Of a stretch of DNA of 64,000 nucleotides, positions 26,461 through 38,060 are shown in pieces (position 1 is the first letter of the stretch; each line of letters starts with the position of its first letter). Source of the DNA: Mobula hypostoma (Eukaryota). The notes under the pieces are model-generated. The model worked only from the letters and a program-made list of their open reading frames with translations, had not been told where the DNA came from and did not search any database. Location: contig NC_086109.1 in assembly GCF_963921235.1 (NCBI RefSeq), positions 11,532,001 through 11,596,000 on the forward strand. Direction: 5' to 3'. Made by a program: the position numbers and the translations under genes.

Positions 26461-27142
26461 TAGAGTCTTTTGCTCTTATGTACATACTTCGATAATAAAT
26501 TTACTTTCACTATGGTATTTAAAGCAGAGCTTGATAGGCTTATGGTTAGTATGGGCATCAAAGGTTACAGGAAAAAAGCAGGAAAATTGGTTTGAGATGG
26601 AAAATAAATCAGCCTTGATCGACTTGGTGGGCTAAATGGCAAAATTCTATCCTATGAGTAGGTCTTTGGCGCAGAGACTTACCAGTGACACAAGGGAGAT
26701 GCAGGTGCTGGAAATTTTAAACAACACACGCAAAGTGGTGCAAGAATTCAAAAGGCCGGGTAGCGTCTATGGAGGGAATGAACAGTTGATGTTTCTAGTT
26801 GAAAGCCTCCATCGCAACTGGACGGAAGGGGACAGAAGCCAGAACAAATGGCATGTGCGGGGTGGGGAGGAGCACAGACTGGCAGGAGAAAGGAAGAGCG
26901 ATGGCTGGAAGGGCTGAAGAAGACAGAATCCGATAGGAGATGACAGTGGACCATAGAATAAAAGGAAGGAGGTAGGGTATCAGAGGGAGTTGATGGGCAG
27001 GTTATGTGAAAGGGTCACCAGAGTCGGGGGTATAGCCTCTTAGTATTTAGTAGTGGCCCCATTGGAGTCTTCCACTGGATCTTGAAATTTCTGTATAAGT
27101 TCCTAACTCAGTGGTAGGTCTATACAACACATATTTACTGAT

Positions 27143-27339
27143 CAAAGTTGCTGGTGAACGCAGCAGGCCAGGCAGCATCTCTAGGAAGAGGTACAGTCGA
27201 CGTTTCGGACCTTCGTCAGGTCTCGGCCTGAAACATCGACTGTACCTCTTCCTAGAGATGCTGCCGGGCCTGCGGTGTTCACCAGCAACTTTGATGTGTG
27301 TTGCTTGAATTTCCAGCATCTGCAGAATTCCTCGTGTTT
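27143..27339. mobile_element. Penelope-like hairpin element with perfect 14-bp TSD
   Basis: Inverted arms; acatatttactgat at 27129-27142 and 27340-27353. Same subfamily as the 9946 copy, in opposite orientation. Confidence 0.85.
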
Positions 27340-28394
27340 ACATATTTACTGATTCTTGTTTCCAGTTCCGACCTGCCAGTTCTTCCATTTCCCCAGGTTT
27401 GAATTACTGATTAGGTTACCCTCTCTCACATGCCCCTGTTTGTCCCTACGGTTGTCCGGACTCCTCTCCACCAACATGTCTGATTCTTGTTGGTTCCCCT
27501 GGTGGTGCATTAATGGGCTCCTAGAGTGGGTGTTGCTCCATAGGTCCAGTGTTCTTGTGGGCTCAGACTGCAGCTCCAATCATAGACAGAAAGAATTCAC
27601 ACACACTCCGGGTTTACCTTCAGAGCAAACTTCCTCTTTATTAAAAGCCATCATCAACAGAGGAGTCACTCATTCCAGAAGGAATGCTCTCTGATTCAAC
27701 TTTCATTCTTCTTATACTATTTTTAAAATCTGTCTTTCCCTCACTCTCTCTGCACCACATGTGCAGTGTATTCACAGCAAGGTAAGGCTTTTACAGTGTC
27801 AAGCTTCAGGGTCTACATCCTCTGTGTGCATTTAAGTTTGGGTACTTCGTTTTATTTTAATTACAAAAATATGTTTATTGCAATTTTATAATTCGACAAT
27901 ACTATAAAGCAGAGACAATACCATGACTAACTCGAACGAAATTAAAATGTTTCCAACACGGTCTATGATATATTTATCCCCTGCAGAGCTCAATAGTCCC
28001 AGAACCCTTCCATGGTAGCCGAGAACACTGCGTGACTATTGTCCACGGACACAGGTATACCCCTGGAAGATCGTCAAGCAGTCAGCCTGTGCAGAGCCCT
28101 CTGCTGCCCACCTCAAGGACCCATGGATAGCTATCTTTGCCAGTCCCAGGTACTAGCTTATGAGAACATCCTCCTCTCTACTTACAAGAGTTCATTGGGT
28201 GTTTCACGAGCTGTGTGCATTTCTGCTTTTAACTTATTATGTACACAGGTAAATTTTCTATCTGGGAGTCTATGGGATTGTTGTTAGGCTGGTAACCAGG
28301 CATCAGTTTCCTGTAGTTCAACTTTAGGCTGCAGTTCCTGGTCCGTATCAAGTTTCAGCATTCTATGTACATCAAGATATAGAGTGAAGTACAT

Positions 28395-29700
28395 TGTGCT
28401 GGGGGAGGGTTGGGGAGAAGTTGGCAGTGTGTTGGGGATTTGGAAAGGAGATGCTAGCGGTGTGTTGGGGACTTATGAAGGGTTTTGGCCCAAAACATTG
28501 ACTGTTTACTCCTCTCCATAGACCCTACCTGACCTGCTGAGTTCCTCTAGCATTTTGTGTGTGTTGCCAGTGTCTCTTTTCCCCTTCCCAAACACACTGA
28601 CAACTCCCTCCTCCCAACATATTGACAACTCCTCACCAGTACACTGAATATTAGCCACCAACACACTGACAGCATCTCCTTCTCCCATCCACAACACTGA
28701 TAACTCCCTCCTCCCAACAGAGGATGCTGTCTAAGTTGCATGCCATCTTGGTCAATGTCTCCCATCCACTACATAATGTACTGGGTGGGCACAGGAGTAC
28801 ATTCAACCAGAGACTCATTCCACCGAGATGCAACACAGAACGTCATAGGAAGTCATTCCTGCCTGTGGCCATCAAACTTTACAACTCCTCCCTTGGAGGG
28901 TCAGACACCCTGAGACAATAGGCTGGTCCTGGACTTATTTTATAATTTACTGGCATAATTTACATATTACTATTTAACTATTTATGGTTCTATTACTATT
29001 TATTATTTATGGTGCAACTGTAATGAAAGCCAATTTACCCCGGGATCAATAAAGTATGACTATGACTATGACTATACTGACAACTCCTCACCAATACACT
29101 GAATATAACCCACCAACACACTGACAGCATCATCTTCTCCCCTCCATAAAACTGTGAACTCCCTCCTCCCAACATACTGACAACTCCTCACCAACACACT
29201 GACAGCATCTTCTTCTCCGCTCCACAACACTGTGAACTCCCTCCTCCCAACATACTGACAACTTCCACTATCTCTGCCCCAACACACTGCCAATTTCCCT
29301 CGCCTCTCCCCAATACATCAACAACTCACCACCCCTTCACCCACACGTTGCTATCTCCTCCCTTTCCATTCCCCACCCAAAGCCAACTTACCACTCCCCA
29401 ACACCCTGGCAACTCCCTCCACCTCAACACCCCCAACTACATCCTCCCCACCGCTGCCAACTTTCCCCTCCCCAGCACCCTAGCAACTCCCCTTTCCCCC
29501 CAAACCCCTCCAACTTTTCTCTCCCCAACACACCATGAGCTTCCCTCTGCAGCACTTCCTCAACACTTTGTCACTTCCATTACCTGAAAGCATTCTGTCA
29601 GCCCATTCCACTACCCAACCCCCGATAACTACCAACCCAACCCCAAGCACCAGCTGCCAGCCATCCCTCACCCAGCTCAACAGTCCCCCAGCATTGGGCT
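28395..29700. repeat. Degenerate C/A-rich minisatellite (caacatactgacaactcctcaccaacacactgacagcatc-like units) and low-complexity tract
   Basis: Repeated units at 28570-28720 and 29073-29300; reverse-complement units at 28395-28470. Confidence 0.7.
28727..29072 (+). mobile_element. Rex1/Babar-type LINE 3' end with (GACTAT)n tail inserted in the minisatellite
   Basis: MLSKLHAILVNVSHPLH...RHRKSFLPVAIKLYNSS, then AATAAA and a microsatellite tail. Confidence 0.75.
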
Positions 29701-30482
29701 CCATGCCACCTTGTCTTGCCTACAGGTCTCATCAAGCCTGTGGTTGCTGAACACCCCTGAGCTTGTTCAAGGACGAGGAGGGATGAAGACCAACGTGGCC
29801 GCCAGCGGCTTGCCCCTGCACCAGTCCAACACAGCCCCACAGAATGCTGTCATGGTTGAGGGCTTGTGGGAAACAGCTGCACTAAAACAAAGAAACACAC
29901 AAAGAAACGTATTTGCAATGTTTTCTAGGTGTTCTTTGGAGCTTGAGTTAATGATTATTAGTGAGCAACTGCTGAATATGTCACAGTTTCTGAGGCACGT
30001 TGTGTTCTGGCTCTTCCAGGAGCATCTTGAACCCGAAGATTCATGTACGTGTTTTCCACGTCGTCTCTGCGATGCTTCACACTGGCATACACCACTGGCA
30101 TTTCCTATATGGTAAAGTGAGAAATATAGTTAGTGGTGGACTGATGACAAGTGGGTGACCTCAGAAAACAGCAGAAGACAACATCAGTGAGAAGAATGCG
30201 AGAGTAAGTAAACCAACACAGAGTATGTAAACAAACCCTAAGAGCTTTTCTAAGGTCTATAAAGAGAAAAAAAAATCTATGTAAGCATAGAAAGTGAGCC
30301 TGGGGAAATGTTTTGGGGAACAAAGAAACGCCATCCAGGACATGACTTCTTGTTACTACAGTCAGGGAGGAGACACAGGATCCTGAAGACCCATACTCAA
30401 AGATTCAGGAACAGTTCCTTCCCCTCTGCCTTCTAATTCTTGGGTGGTACATAAACCCATGAACACTACCTTGTTACTAATA

Positions 30483-30900
30483 CAACAGATTCTGCAGATG
30501 CTGGAAATCCAGAGCAACAGACACAACACGATGGAGGAATTCAGCACGCCAGGCAGGGCTGATGGACAGGAATAAGCAGTCAACATTACAAGCTGAGACC
30601 CTTCATGAGGACTGGAAAGGATGGGGATGGAGAAGGTTAGGGGAGGGAAAGGGGTACAAGCTGGCAGGTGTTGCGTGAAGCAAGGTGAGAGGGAAGGTGT
30701 GTGTGGGGGGGGGGGATGAAAGGAGAAGCTGGGAGATGACCGATGGAAAGGTAATGGCTGAAGGAGAGGAGAATGGATCATGGATGAAAGGGAAGGAGGA
30801 CGGACACCAGGGGGAAGTGATTGGCAGGTGAGGAGTAGGGAGGGGGTAAGAAGGCAGCCAGAATAAAGAATTGAAAAAGGGAGAAGAGAGAGGGGGAGAA
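30483..30900. mobile_element. Penelope-like element fragment
   Basis: gattctgcagatgctggaaatcc head and purine-rich body, as in the other copies. Similar fragments at about 26680-27030, 32785-33400, 38075-38535, 38940-39275 and 43225-43336. Confidence 0.6.
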
Positions 30901-31215
30901 AGTACAGGAATTTAGGTTTATACTTTTTTGACTTTTTTTTGTGTAACAGAGGAATTTTTTGTCTTTGCATTGCACTGCTGATGCAAAACAACAAATTTCA
31001 CATTATATAAGTCAGTAATGATGAATTGAATCTGATGAAACAGAGAATTAAAATGTCTTTATGGTTAAAGATATTGTGAACATCATATTAATACAGACTA
31101 TTGGCAGAGAGGAATGAAATACCATCACCAATCTTGGGGAATTTGTACTCGGCATTTCCCTGGACCAGATGATCTGCATCCTAGGATACTAAAGGATATG
31201 GTTGCTGAATTAACA

Positions 31216-31540
31216 GGGTGGCATGGCAGCGTAGTGGTTAGCGTAACACTACTTCATAATATTGAATAGGATAGGACTTCAACAACCTGGGTTCGATTCC
31301 TGCCACTGTCTGTAAGGAGTTTGTACGTTCTCCCCGTGACCGTGTGGAGAGTTCCAGTTCCCTCCCACTTTCAAAATACCTGTGGGTTGGGGTTAGTGAG
31401 TTGTGGGCATGTCATGGTACTGGAAACATGGTGACTCTTTCGGGCTGCCGCCAGCACATCCTTGAACTGTGTTGGCTGTTGAAGCAAACAACTCGTTTCA
31501 CTAGGTTTTGAGGTACATGTGACAAATAAAGCTAATCTTT
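31216..31540 (+). mobile_element. tRNA-derived V-SINE
   Basis: Box A (gcgtagtgg), box B GGTTCGATTCC at 31290-31300, V-core ggagtttgtacgttctccccgtg. Confidence 0.75.
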
Positions 31541-31579
31541 ATAAAGATCTTTTATCTTTACGTTGACATGGAGAGAGAA

Positions 31580-32770
31580 ATGATCAACAGGTAGGAATTG
31601 AATAGGGACAATGGGTTCATTTTCAAATTACCGGTGAATGATCAGTGCAGGGGTCAGGGTTGGCTCACTGCTGTTTGCACTATCTGGCAAAAAACTTGGA
31701 GGTAGGAAAGAAAGGCATTTGGCCACACTTGCAGACAATGTTTTACCACTTACCTACTGGAAAGATGTAAGTAATGTTGAAAGAGTACAGAGAAAATTTA
31801 CATGGATGTTGCTGGTACTGGAGGTCAGTATTATAAGGAAAGATTCAATAGGTTAGTGCTTTATTCCTTGGAACATAGAAGGTTGAAGAGCGATTTGACA
31901 GAGGTATATAAAGTTATTGGGTAAGTGCAAGTAGGCCTTTTCCACTGAGGTTGGGTGGGACTACAACTAATCATGTGTTAAGGGTGAAAGGTGAAATGTT
32001 TGAGGGGAACATGAGGGGAAACTTCTTCACTTAGATGGTCATGGGAGTGTGGAATGAGCTGCCAGCGCAACTGATGCATGAGAGCTTGATGTCAACGTTT
32101 AAGAGGAATTTGTTTAGCTACATGGACGGGAGGGGTATGGAATGCTATGATTTGGGTGCAGGCCGATGGGAAAAATCAGTATTAATGGTTTGCCATGGAC
32201 TGGATGTGCTGAAGGTCCTGTTTCTGTTCTGTACTTTTCTAATACTCGATGACTCATTGCAAAGGTAGGTAGGAAAGCAAGCTGTAATACATCACAGAGA
32301 TTCTTAAAGATTAAACGAGTGGACAAAAATGTGAGGCTGTTTACTTTTGGAAGGATGGGCAAAAGAACATTAAAATAATTTGAATAGGGAGGAAAATGCA
32401 GAAAGTTGCAGTGTAACATGGTCTGGGTGTCTTAGTGCACAGAAAGCCAGCACATAGTTCTCCAGGTAGGGAAGGCAGATGGACTGTTGGCCCTCACTGC
32501 ACTGGGGCTGGACTATCATGGTAGGGACATCTTCTGGTCACTAGTGAGACCTCATTTAGAGCACTGTAAATTATTTTGGTCTTTCTATTTAAGAAAAGAT
32601 TTCATTAAGGCAGTTCGGAGAAGGGTCACCAGGATGATCCTAGGCCTGGAGGGACTGTCCTGCAAAATAAAACGTTAAACAGTTTGCAATGCCGGACATT
32701 GATGCACATTCTGAGAAATGTGCAAGGTGATCTTATTGAAACATGTAAGATTCTTCGGGGAGTGATCAGC
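31580..32770 (+). mobile_element. Old CR1 LINE 3' fragments (two)
   Basis: ERVQRKFT and LVRPHLEHC remnants, CR1 3'UTR. Confidence 0.7.
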
Positions 32771-33739
32771 TGAGAGGGAAGCATAAAAGACTGTAGATGC
32801 TGGAATCTAAAAGGGAAAGGAAAACAAACTGCTTGAGGAACTCAGCAGGCCAAGCAATCAAAACTCTGCATCTGGGTGAGAGTTTTGAAAGAAGACCGTC
32901 AGTATAAAGAAGTGAGAGGGAGCATAGAGGCAGGAGATGGTAGGTAATAGGTGGAACCAGATGACGTAGGGTTAATGGGCAGGTAGGGTGGAGGAGAGGG
33001 GAGTTCGGAGACAAGAGACCTGTGGGCAATCGGGAAGAACAGATAAGGACAAGTAAAGAGTTAGGCGGGGTTGAGGGGAGGGAGAAGGTGAAGTCAGACG
33101 TTGGAATTTAATAAGGAAAGGATGATGGGTAGATGGAACCAGATGGGGAAAGGGATAGGAAGGGTAAGGCCAAGGGAGAAGAAACCCAGGTGGATAAATA
33201 TGTGAATATATGATGGACAGAGGGAAAAGGGAAATGTGAACAAAGGAAGAGGGAAGGTGGATTGGTAGGAGTAGGAAGGGAACATGAAGTGTGAGTAAGC
33301 TGAAACTGACAAACCCAGTGTTCATACCATTGGGTTGTAGTCTCCCCAGAGACTATGCGATGTTCTTTTTGAGTTTGGCAGTGGAGAAGGTTAAGAATGG
33401 ACAGCTTATGACTAATGTATTATGTTACAGTCTTGTCGTGTGACCTATGTGTCGTGTGAATCTCTTGGAATATCTTCAAGCAGAGTTGGCTACTCTCCCC
33501 TGTTTCTTACATGAAGTGGCATCAACTTACTAGATTTTCTGCACCGTTAATCCTCTGTCCATTTGTACCTGGAAAATGTAACAATAATTTCCTTGAGTTC
33601 AGATTTGCGAAGGTTACTGTTAGGTTTATTCATTGATGTCATATTTGATGCTGTGCCCTTGCCCACAGGAACTGCGGGGCACACATCAGCAAATCACGGC
33701 AACCAGCCTCCTCTCTATGGTCTTTGTCTATACCTCAAA

Positions 33740-34460
33740 GGTTTAAGGGTTCAGAGGTTAATTTATTATCAAAGTATATATGCAGTATATAACTCTGAGA
33801 TTTGTCTTCTTCAGATAGCCATGAAACAAAGAAAGCCATGGAAGTTGTTCAAAGAAAAACATCAACCCCCCCCCACACAAAAAACACATCATGCATCCAG
33901 CAAGAACATCAAAACGCAATCCCCCTCCCGGCACAAAAATCTAACAAATCATGCCAAACGGCAACAAGAAAGAAAGGCACCATGATTATCAACCCCCCAT
34001 GTGAAAAATATCACGCAAACAGCAACAGGAACATCAACCCTCAAACTCCGCTGCGCAAAGAAACTAACAAATAGTGCCAAACAGCAACGAGAAAGGATGG
34101 CAACACAGTCATCAACCCCCCCATGCGAAAAAATCACACAAACAGCAAGAAGAATATCAACCCCCAATCCAACCTCCACACACAAAAATAACTAACAAAT
34201 CGTGCCAAACGGCATAAGAACAAAGAGGCGAAAACACAGAACATTAACACCATAAAACTGAAAACCCCACAGTCCACAGACCAATCCATAAATCACAGAA
34301 CGTTGGAAACATCCTTTGACAACATTGAAGAAGAGAGACCACTCGAATGCAGAGGCGTAAGGCAGCCAAAATAATCCAAGACCCCACCCACCACAGCCAT
34401 TCTCTCTTCTCCTTTCTTCCTTTGGACAGATGGTGAAAGAATCTGAAAGTGTGCGCCGCC
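33740..34460 (-). repeat. Antisense LINE 3'UTR with internal A/C-rich tandem units
   Basis: tttattatcaaagt tail; repeated atcaacccccc...aaaaatcacacaaacagcaa units. Confidence 0.5.
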
Positions 34461-35983
34461 ATGCTCGGGGACAGCCTCTATCCCGCAGTTGTGAAATTTT
34501 TGAATGGTTCCCGAGTGTGATAAGATAGATTGTTGGTCTCACAATCTACCTTGTTATGATCTTGCACCTAGTTGTCTAACTGCACTGCACTTTCTCTGTA
34601 GCTGTTACATTTTATTCTGCATTCTGTTGTTGGTTTACCTTGTACTGCCTTAATTCACTGTGTAATGAATTCATTTGTATGAACAGTATGCAAGACAGGC
34701 TTTTCACAGAACCTTGTTACATGTGAAATTGCAATGGACTACAGGGACCCCCTATCTCACAAGGAACTTATGTTCCAGGATAAAGGGTATCATGTTGTTT
34801 CTGAAAAGTGAAGCCACATCATCTGAACGTACATCAAGATTATCTAATCTAAAAAATGCAGACTTATTTACTTTGTTCACACAAAATTTGTGAAGTGTAT
34901 TTTATTCTGCATCTGAAAGTTGTCTGTGAATTCTGTAACCTGAATTGTGGTAATACTAGTGCATTCTGTACAAAATACTAAATTAATCTACCACAGTACA
35001 ATGTTAAATCCATGCCAACCAACTGAGATATCCATCTGAACTAGTCCCATTAGTCTGCATTTGCTCCATATCCCTCTTGGCCATTCCTATTTATGTGCCT
35101 TGTCCAAATGTCTTTTAAATGTAAGTGTATCTACCCCTACAGCTTCCCTGGCAGCTCTTTCCATATGTCTACCACCCTCTGTGTGAATAAAATTGTCTCT
35201 CAGGTTCCTTTTTAAGTTTTCCCTCCTCTCACATTAAATCCATTCTTTTAACTTCTCCTACTTCAGGCAGATGGGGCTTATCAGCTGTGGTTGGCAGCTC
35301 ATCTACGAGAAGGAAAACTCTGATCTCATACTTCCGCTGCTTTGTGGCTATGTCCACTCATAGGGAAGGCTTTGGGTGTAAACCCCAAGAGAAAAATCCA
35401 GATCTGGAGTCCCTAAGGCAGTCATATGTGGAGTTCAATGCTGACTAGCAATTCTTGCGATGCCGTACGAGGCAAACTGTATCGGTCCCTGCCATTCCTT
35501 TGGGTTAATCAGATACGTGGAGAGGGGAAGCTTGCTGCCTGGGCAACAGCTTGCTCTCCATATCGTGCTGCCCATGCTTGCATATCAAGACAACTAGGAC
35601 ACAGCATCCATTGCCGACCCTGATGAATGGAGGCCTCAGAACTCATCCTACCATGGGGAGAAAATGTAGCTATTCAATTTATCTACATCCCTCATGATTT
35701 TATATACAGTGTAAGGTCACCCTTCAAACTCATAGGTTTCAGGAAAAAATGTCCCAACATTACCAGCTTCTCTTTATAACTCAAGCTCTCCAATCTTGGT
35801 CATGTTCTCATGAATATTTTCTGCTTATTGACATCCAACTTATTAACATTCTTCTGATAAATGAATAACTTCTTGACCAGAACAGCTTGACACCAGACTT
35901 TACAATTCCGAATAATTTCCACTGAATGGAGTATCAACAGTTCAAAGAAGAACTATTTGTACCTCAAAGTACTTATTCACATG

Positions 35984-36125
35984 TCAATAAACTGCACTTG
36001 GAGTTACAAAATGAAATAACATTGTGTAAATGTCTGAATCTATTGAGAAACAGGATGGCTTCTTCTGCTTTTCAACTACTTCATTTAACTCCTGGTTTGA
36101 TGCTTTCATCACTTGGTTTGTACCG
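35984..36125 (-). CDS. CD300/pIgR-like receptor, candidate terminal cytoplasmic exon (CGTNQVMKASNQELNEVVEKQKKPSCFSIDSDIYTMLFHFVTPSAVY*)
   Basis: Acceptor tgtttttctttgaaag, open phase-2 frame to TGA at 35984-35986. An alternative acceptor ctgtttctcaatag at 36040 gives the same C-terminus directly from the TM exon. Confidence 0.5.
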
Positions 36126-36224
36126 CTTTCAAAGAAAAACATTCTTGTTCATTCTAGGTATAACCAAAATACTTCCATCATCTTTTAGAGCTTTCAACCG
36201 TCCGACACAGGTATCGATTTTGTA

Positions 36225-36512
36225 GAGACATGCAGCATGAAACAGGTTATTGGAATTTCAATGTTGTGTCGACATTTTAACCTACTTCCAAGACCATTCC
36301 AAGAGCTACCTGCCAGCCTAGTCGTCATATGGGAGCCCAAACACGGGAGGATGAACCCTGGGCGTCCTCCCAAGACCATGGTCAACACACCCCTAGAAGA
36401 CAGCGGCGCGGCTAATGTAGATGAACCGAACACACTGATGAGGGAGAGGGGGAAGTGGAGAGTCCTTCATCGTGCCCTAGGCCTGAGTTGACGTAGTAGT
36501 AGTAGCAGTAGC
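36225..36512 (+). mobile_element. RTE-clade LINE 3' end with (GTA)n tail
   Basis: ELPASLVVIWEPKHGRMNPGRPPKTMVNT...RGKWR is a typical RTE C-terminus. Confidence 0.75.
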
Positions 36513-36814
36513 AAGACCATTCTAACCCTTCCCTTTTCCCCTTGCCCATAGGCCTCCATTTTTTTTTCATCCACGTGTCTATCTAAGAGTTTCTTAAATG
36601 GCCCAAGTGTATTTGTCTCTACCACCATTGCCGGGAGTGCATTCCACTCTGTATATTAAAAAACACCTCGGATATGCCCCCCAATACTTTCCTCCAATCA
36701 CCTTAAATGTATGCCTTCTCATATTAGTCATTGTCATCCTGGGTAATAAGCTCTGGATGTCCACTCTAGCAATGCCTCATCATCTTGTACACCTCTATCA
36801 AGGTGTTGTCTAAC

Positions 36815-36866
36815 CAGTGCTTTGCAGATGTATAAACTGGTTGCTTTTGTAGACTAGGTGAATGGT
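36815..36866 (-). CDS. CD300/pIgR-like receptor, candidate cytoplasmic exon 5 (DHSPSLQKQPVYTSAKH)
   Basis: Acceptor cctttcacaaattcag 83 nt after the TM donor, donor CTG|gttaga; 52 nt, phase 1-2. It bridges in frame to the exon at 36125. Confidence 0.5.
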
Positions 36867-36949
36867 CTGAATTTGTGAAAGGCACATCAGAGAGGAGAGC
36901 AATTTTTAAACCATCATTTGACATCATCTTGATACTTAACTAAACTTAC

Positions 36950-37065
36950 CAGTCTTCATCTTCTGCCTGAGCTTTGCACAAATAATCATGGCAGTAATGA
37001 GCAGCAGGAAAAGAACTGACAAGGCAATTGCAAGTATAATATGCCATTGGGATAAAGGTGTTGGC
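36950..37065 (-). CDS. CD300/pIgR-like receptor, exon 4: transmembrane segment
   Basis: Acceptor ttttgcag, donor CTG|gtaagt; 116 nt, phase 2 in (AG+G=Arg) and 1 out. Encodes RPTPLSQWHIILAIALSVLFLLLITAMIICAKLRQKMKT: a hydrophobic helix followed by a basic stop-transfer cluster. Confidence 0.88.
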
Positions 37066-37229
37066 CTGCAAAATTCAACAAAGACATTAACAGACCTAGA
37101 CTAATGGGCACACTGAAAATTTCTGGTTCTCCAGTATTACGCTATGTTTTTGATCTGGTAAATACCAATATGATGTACATTTGAACACAGTTAAATTCCG
37201 GAATTTTACTAATTATCCTAAACACGTGA

Positions 37230-38060
37230 GCCTCTCACTCAATGTCAGCATGACCAAGGAGATGATTATTGACTTCAGTAGAATGAAGCTAGTGGCCCGT
37301 GAGACATCCTTCATCAGGGGTGGAGAGGGTCAGTAACTTTAAAATTCTTGGTTACAATTTCAGAGAATCTGTCCTGGAGCCAGCACATAAGTGCCATTAT
37401 AAAGAAAGCATGGCAGCGCCTCTGTTTTCTTAGACGTTTGTGAAGAATTGACATGCCATCTAAAACTTTGACCAACTTCTATGGATGTGTTGTGGAGAGT
37501 ATACTGACTGGCTACATCACAGCCTGGTATGGGAAGACCAATGCCCTTGAATAGAAAAGCCTATAAAAAGTAGTGGATACAGCTCAATCCATCTTGGGTA
37601 AAGCCCGCCCCACCATTGAGCACATCTACATGGATCACGGGTATAGGAAAACAGCATCTATCATCAAGGGCCCCCACTATTCAGGCCATGCTCTCTTCTC
37701 ACTGCTGCCATCCAGAAGAAGGTAGAGGAGTCTCAAGACCCACGACACAAGGTTCAGGAACAGTTATTACCCCTCAACCATCAGGTTCTCGAACCAGAGG
37801 TGATAACTTCACTCGCCCCATCATTGGACAGTTTCCACACCTATGGACTCACTTCCTTCATCTCATGATCTTGATATTTATTGTTTGTTTATTTATGATA
37901 ATTATTATTATTTTTCTTTTTGTATATGTACAGTTTTTTGTCCTTTACACATTGGTTGCTTTTCCATCCTGTTGGGTATGGTCTTTCAACAATTCTGTTG
38001 TGCTTCTGGTACATACTGTGATTGCCCGTAAGAAGATTAAACTCAGGGTTGTACTTGGTG
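37230..38060 (+). mobile_element. Rex1/Babar-type LINE 3' part
   Basis: KTKEMIIDF-like sequence, antisense-free CVVESILTGYITAWYG, PSRRR...TTRFRNSYYP remnants. Confidence 0.75.

Noticed and set aside
31216-31310. tRNA-like A/B boxes (also at 58409 and 59514)
   Set aside because: They run into SINE bodies and tails and do not form a full cloverleaf; these are SINE heads, not tRNA genes.
33850-34260. Regularly spaced repeats resembling a CRISPR array (also 28570-29300)
   Set aside because: Eukaryotic context, degenerate units without unique spacers, no cas genes.
34870-34965. Possible further terminal exon with AATAAA at 34901-34906 (minus)
   Set aside because: No convincing donor in the preceding exon and no signalling motif in any frame. 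It may only mark the 3'UTR end.
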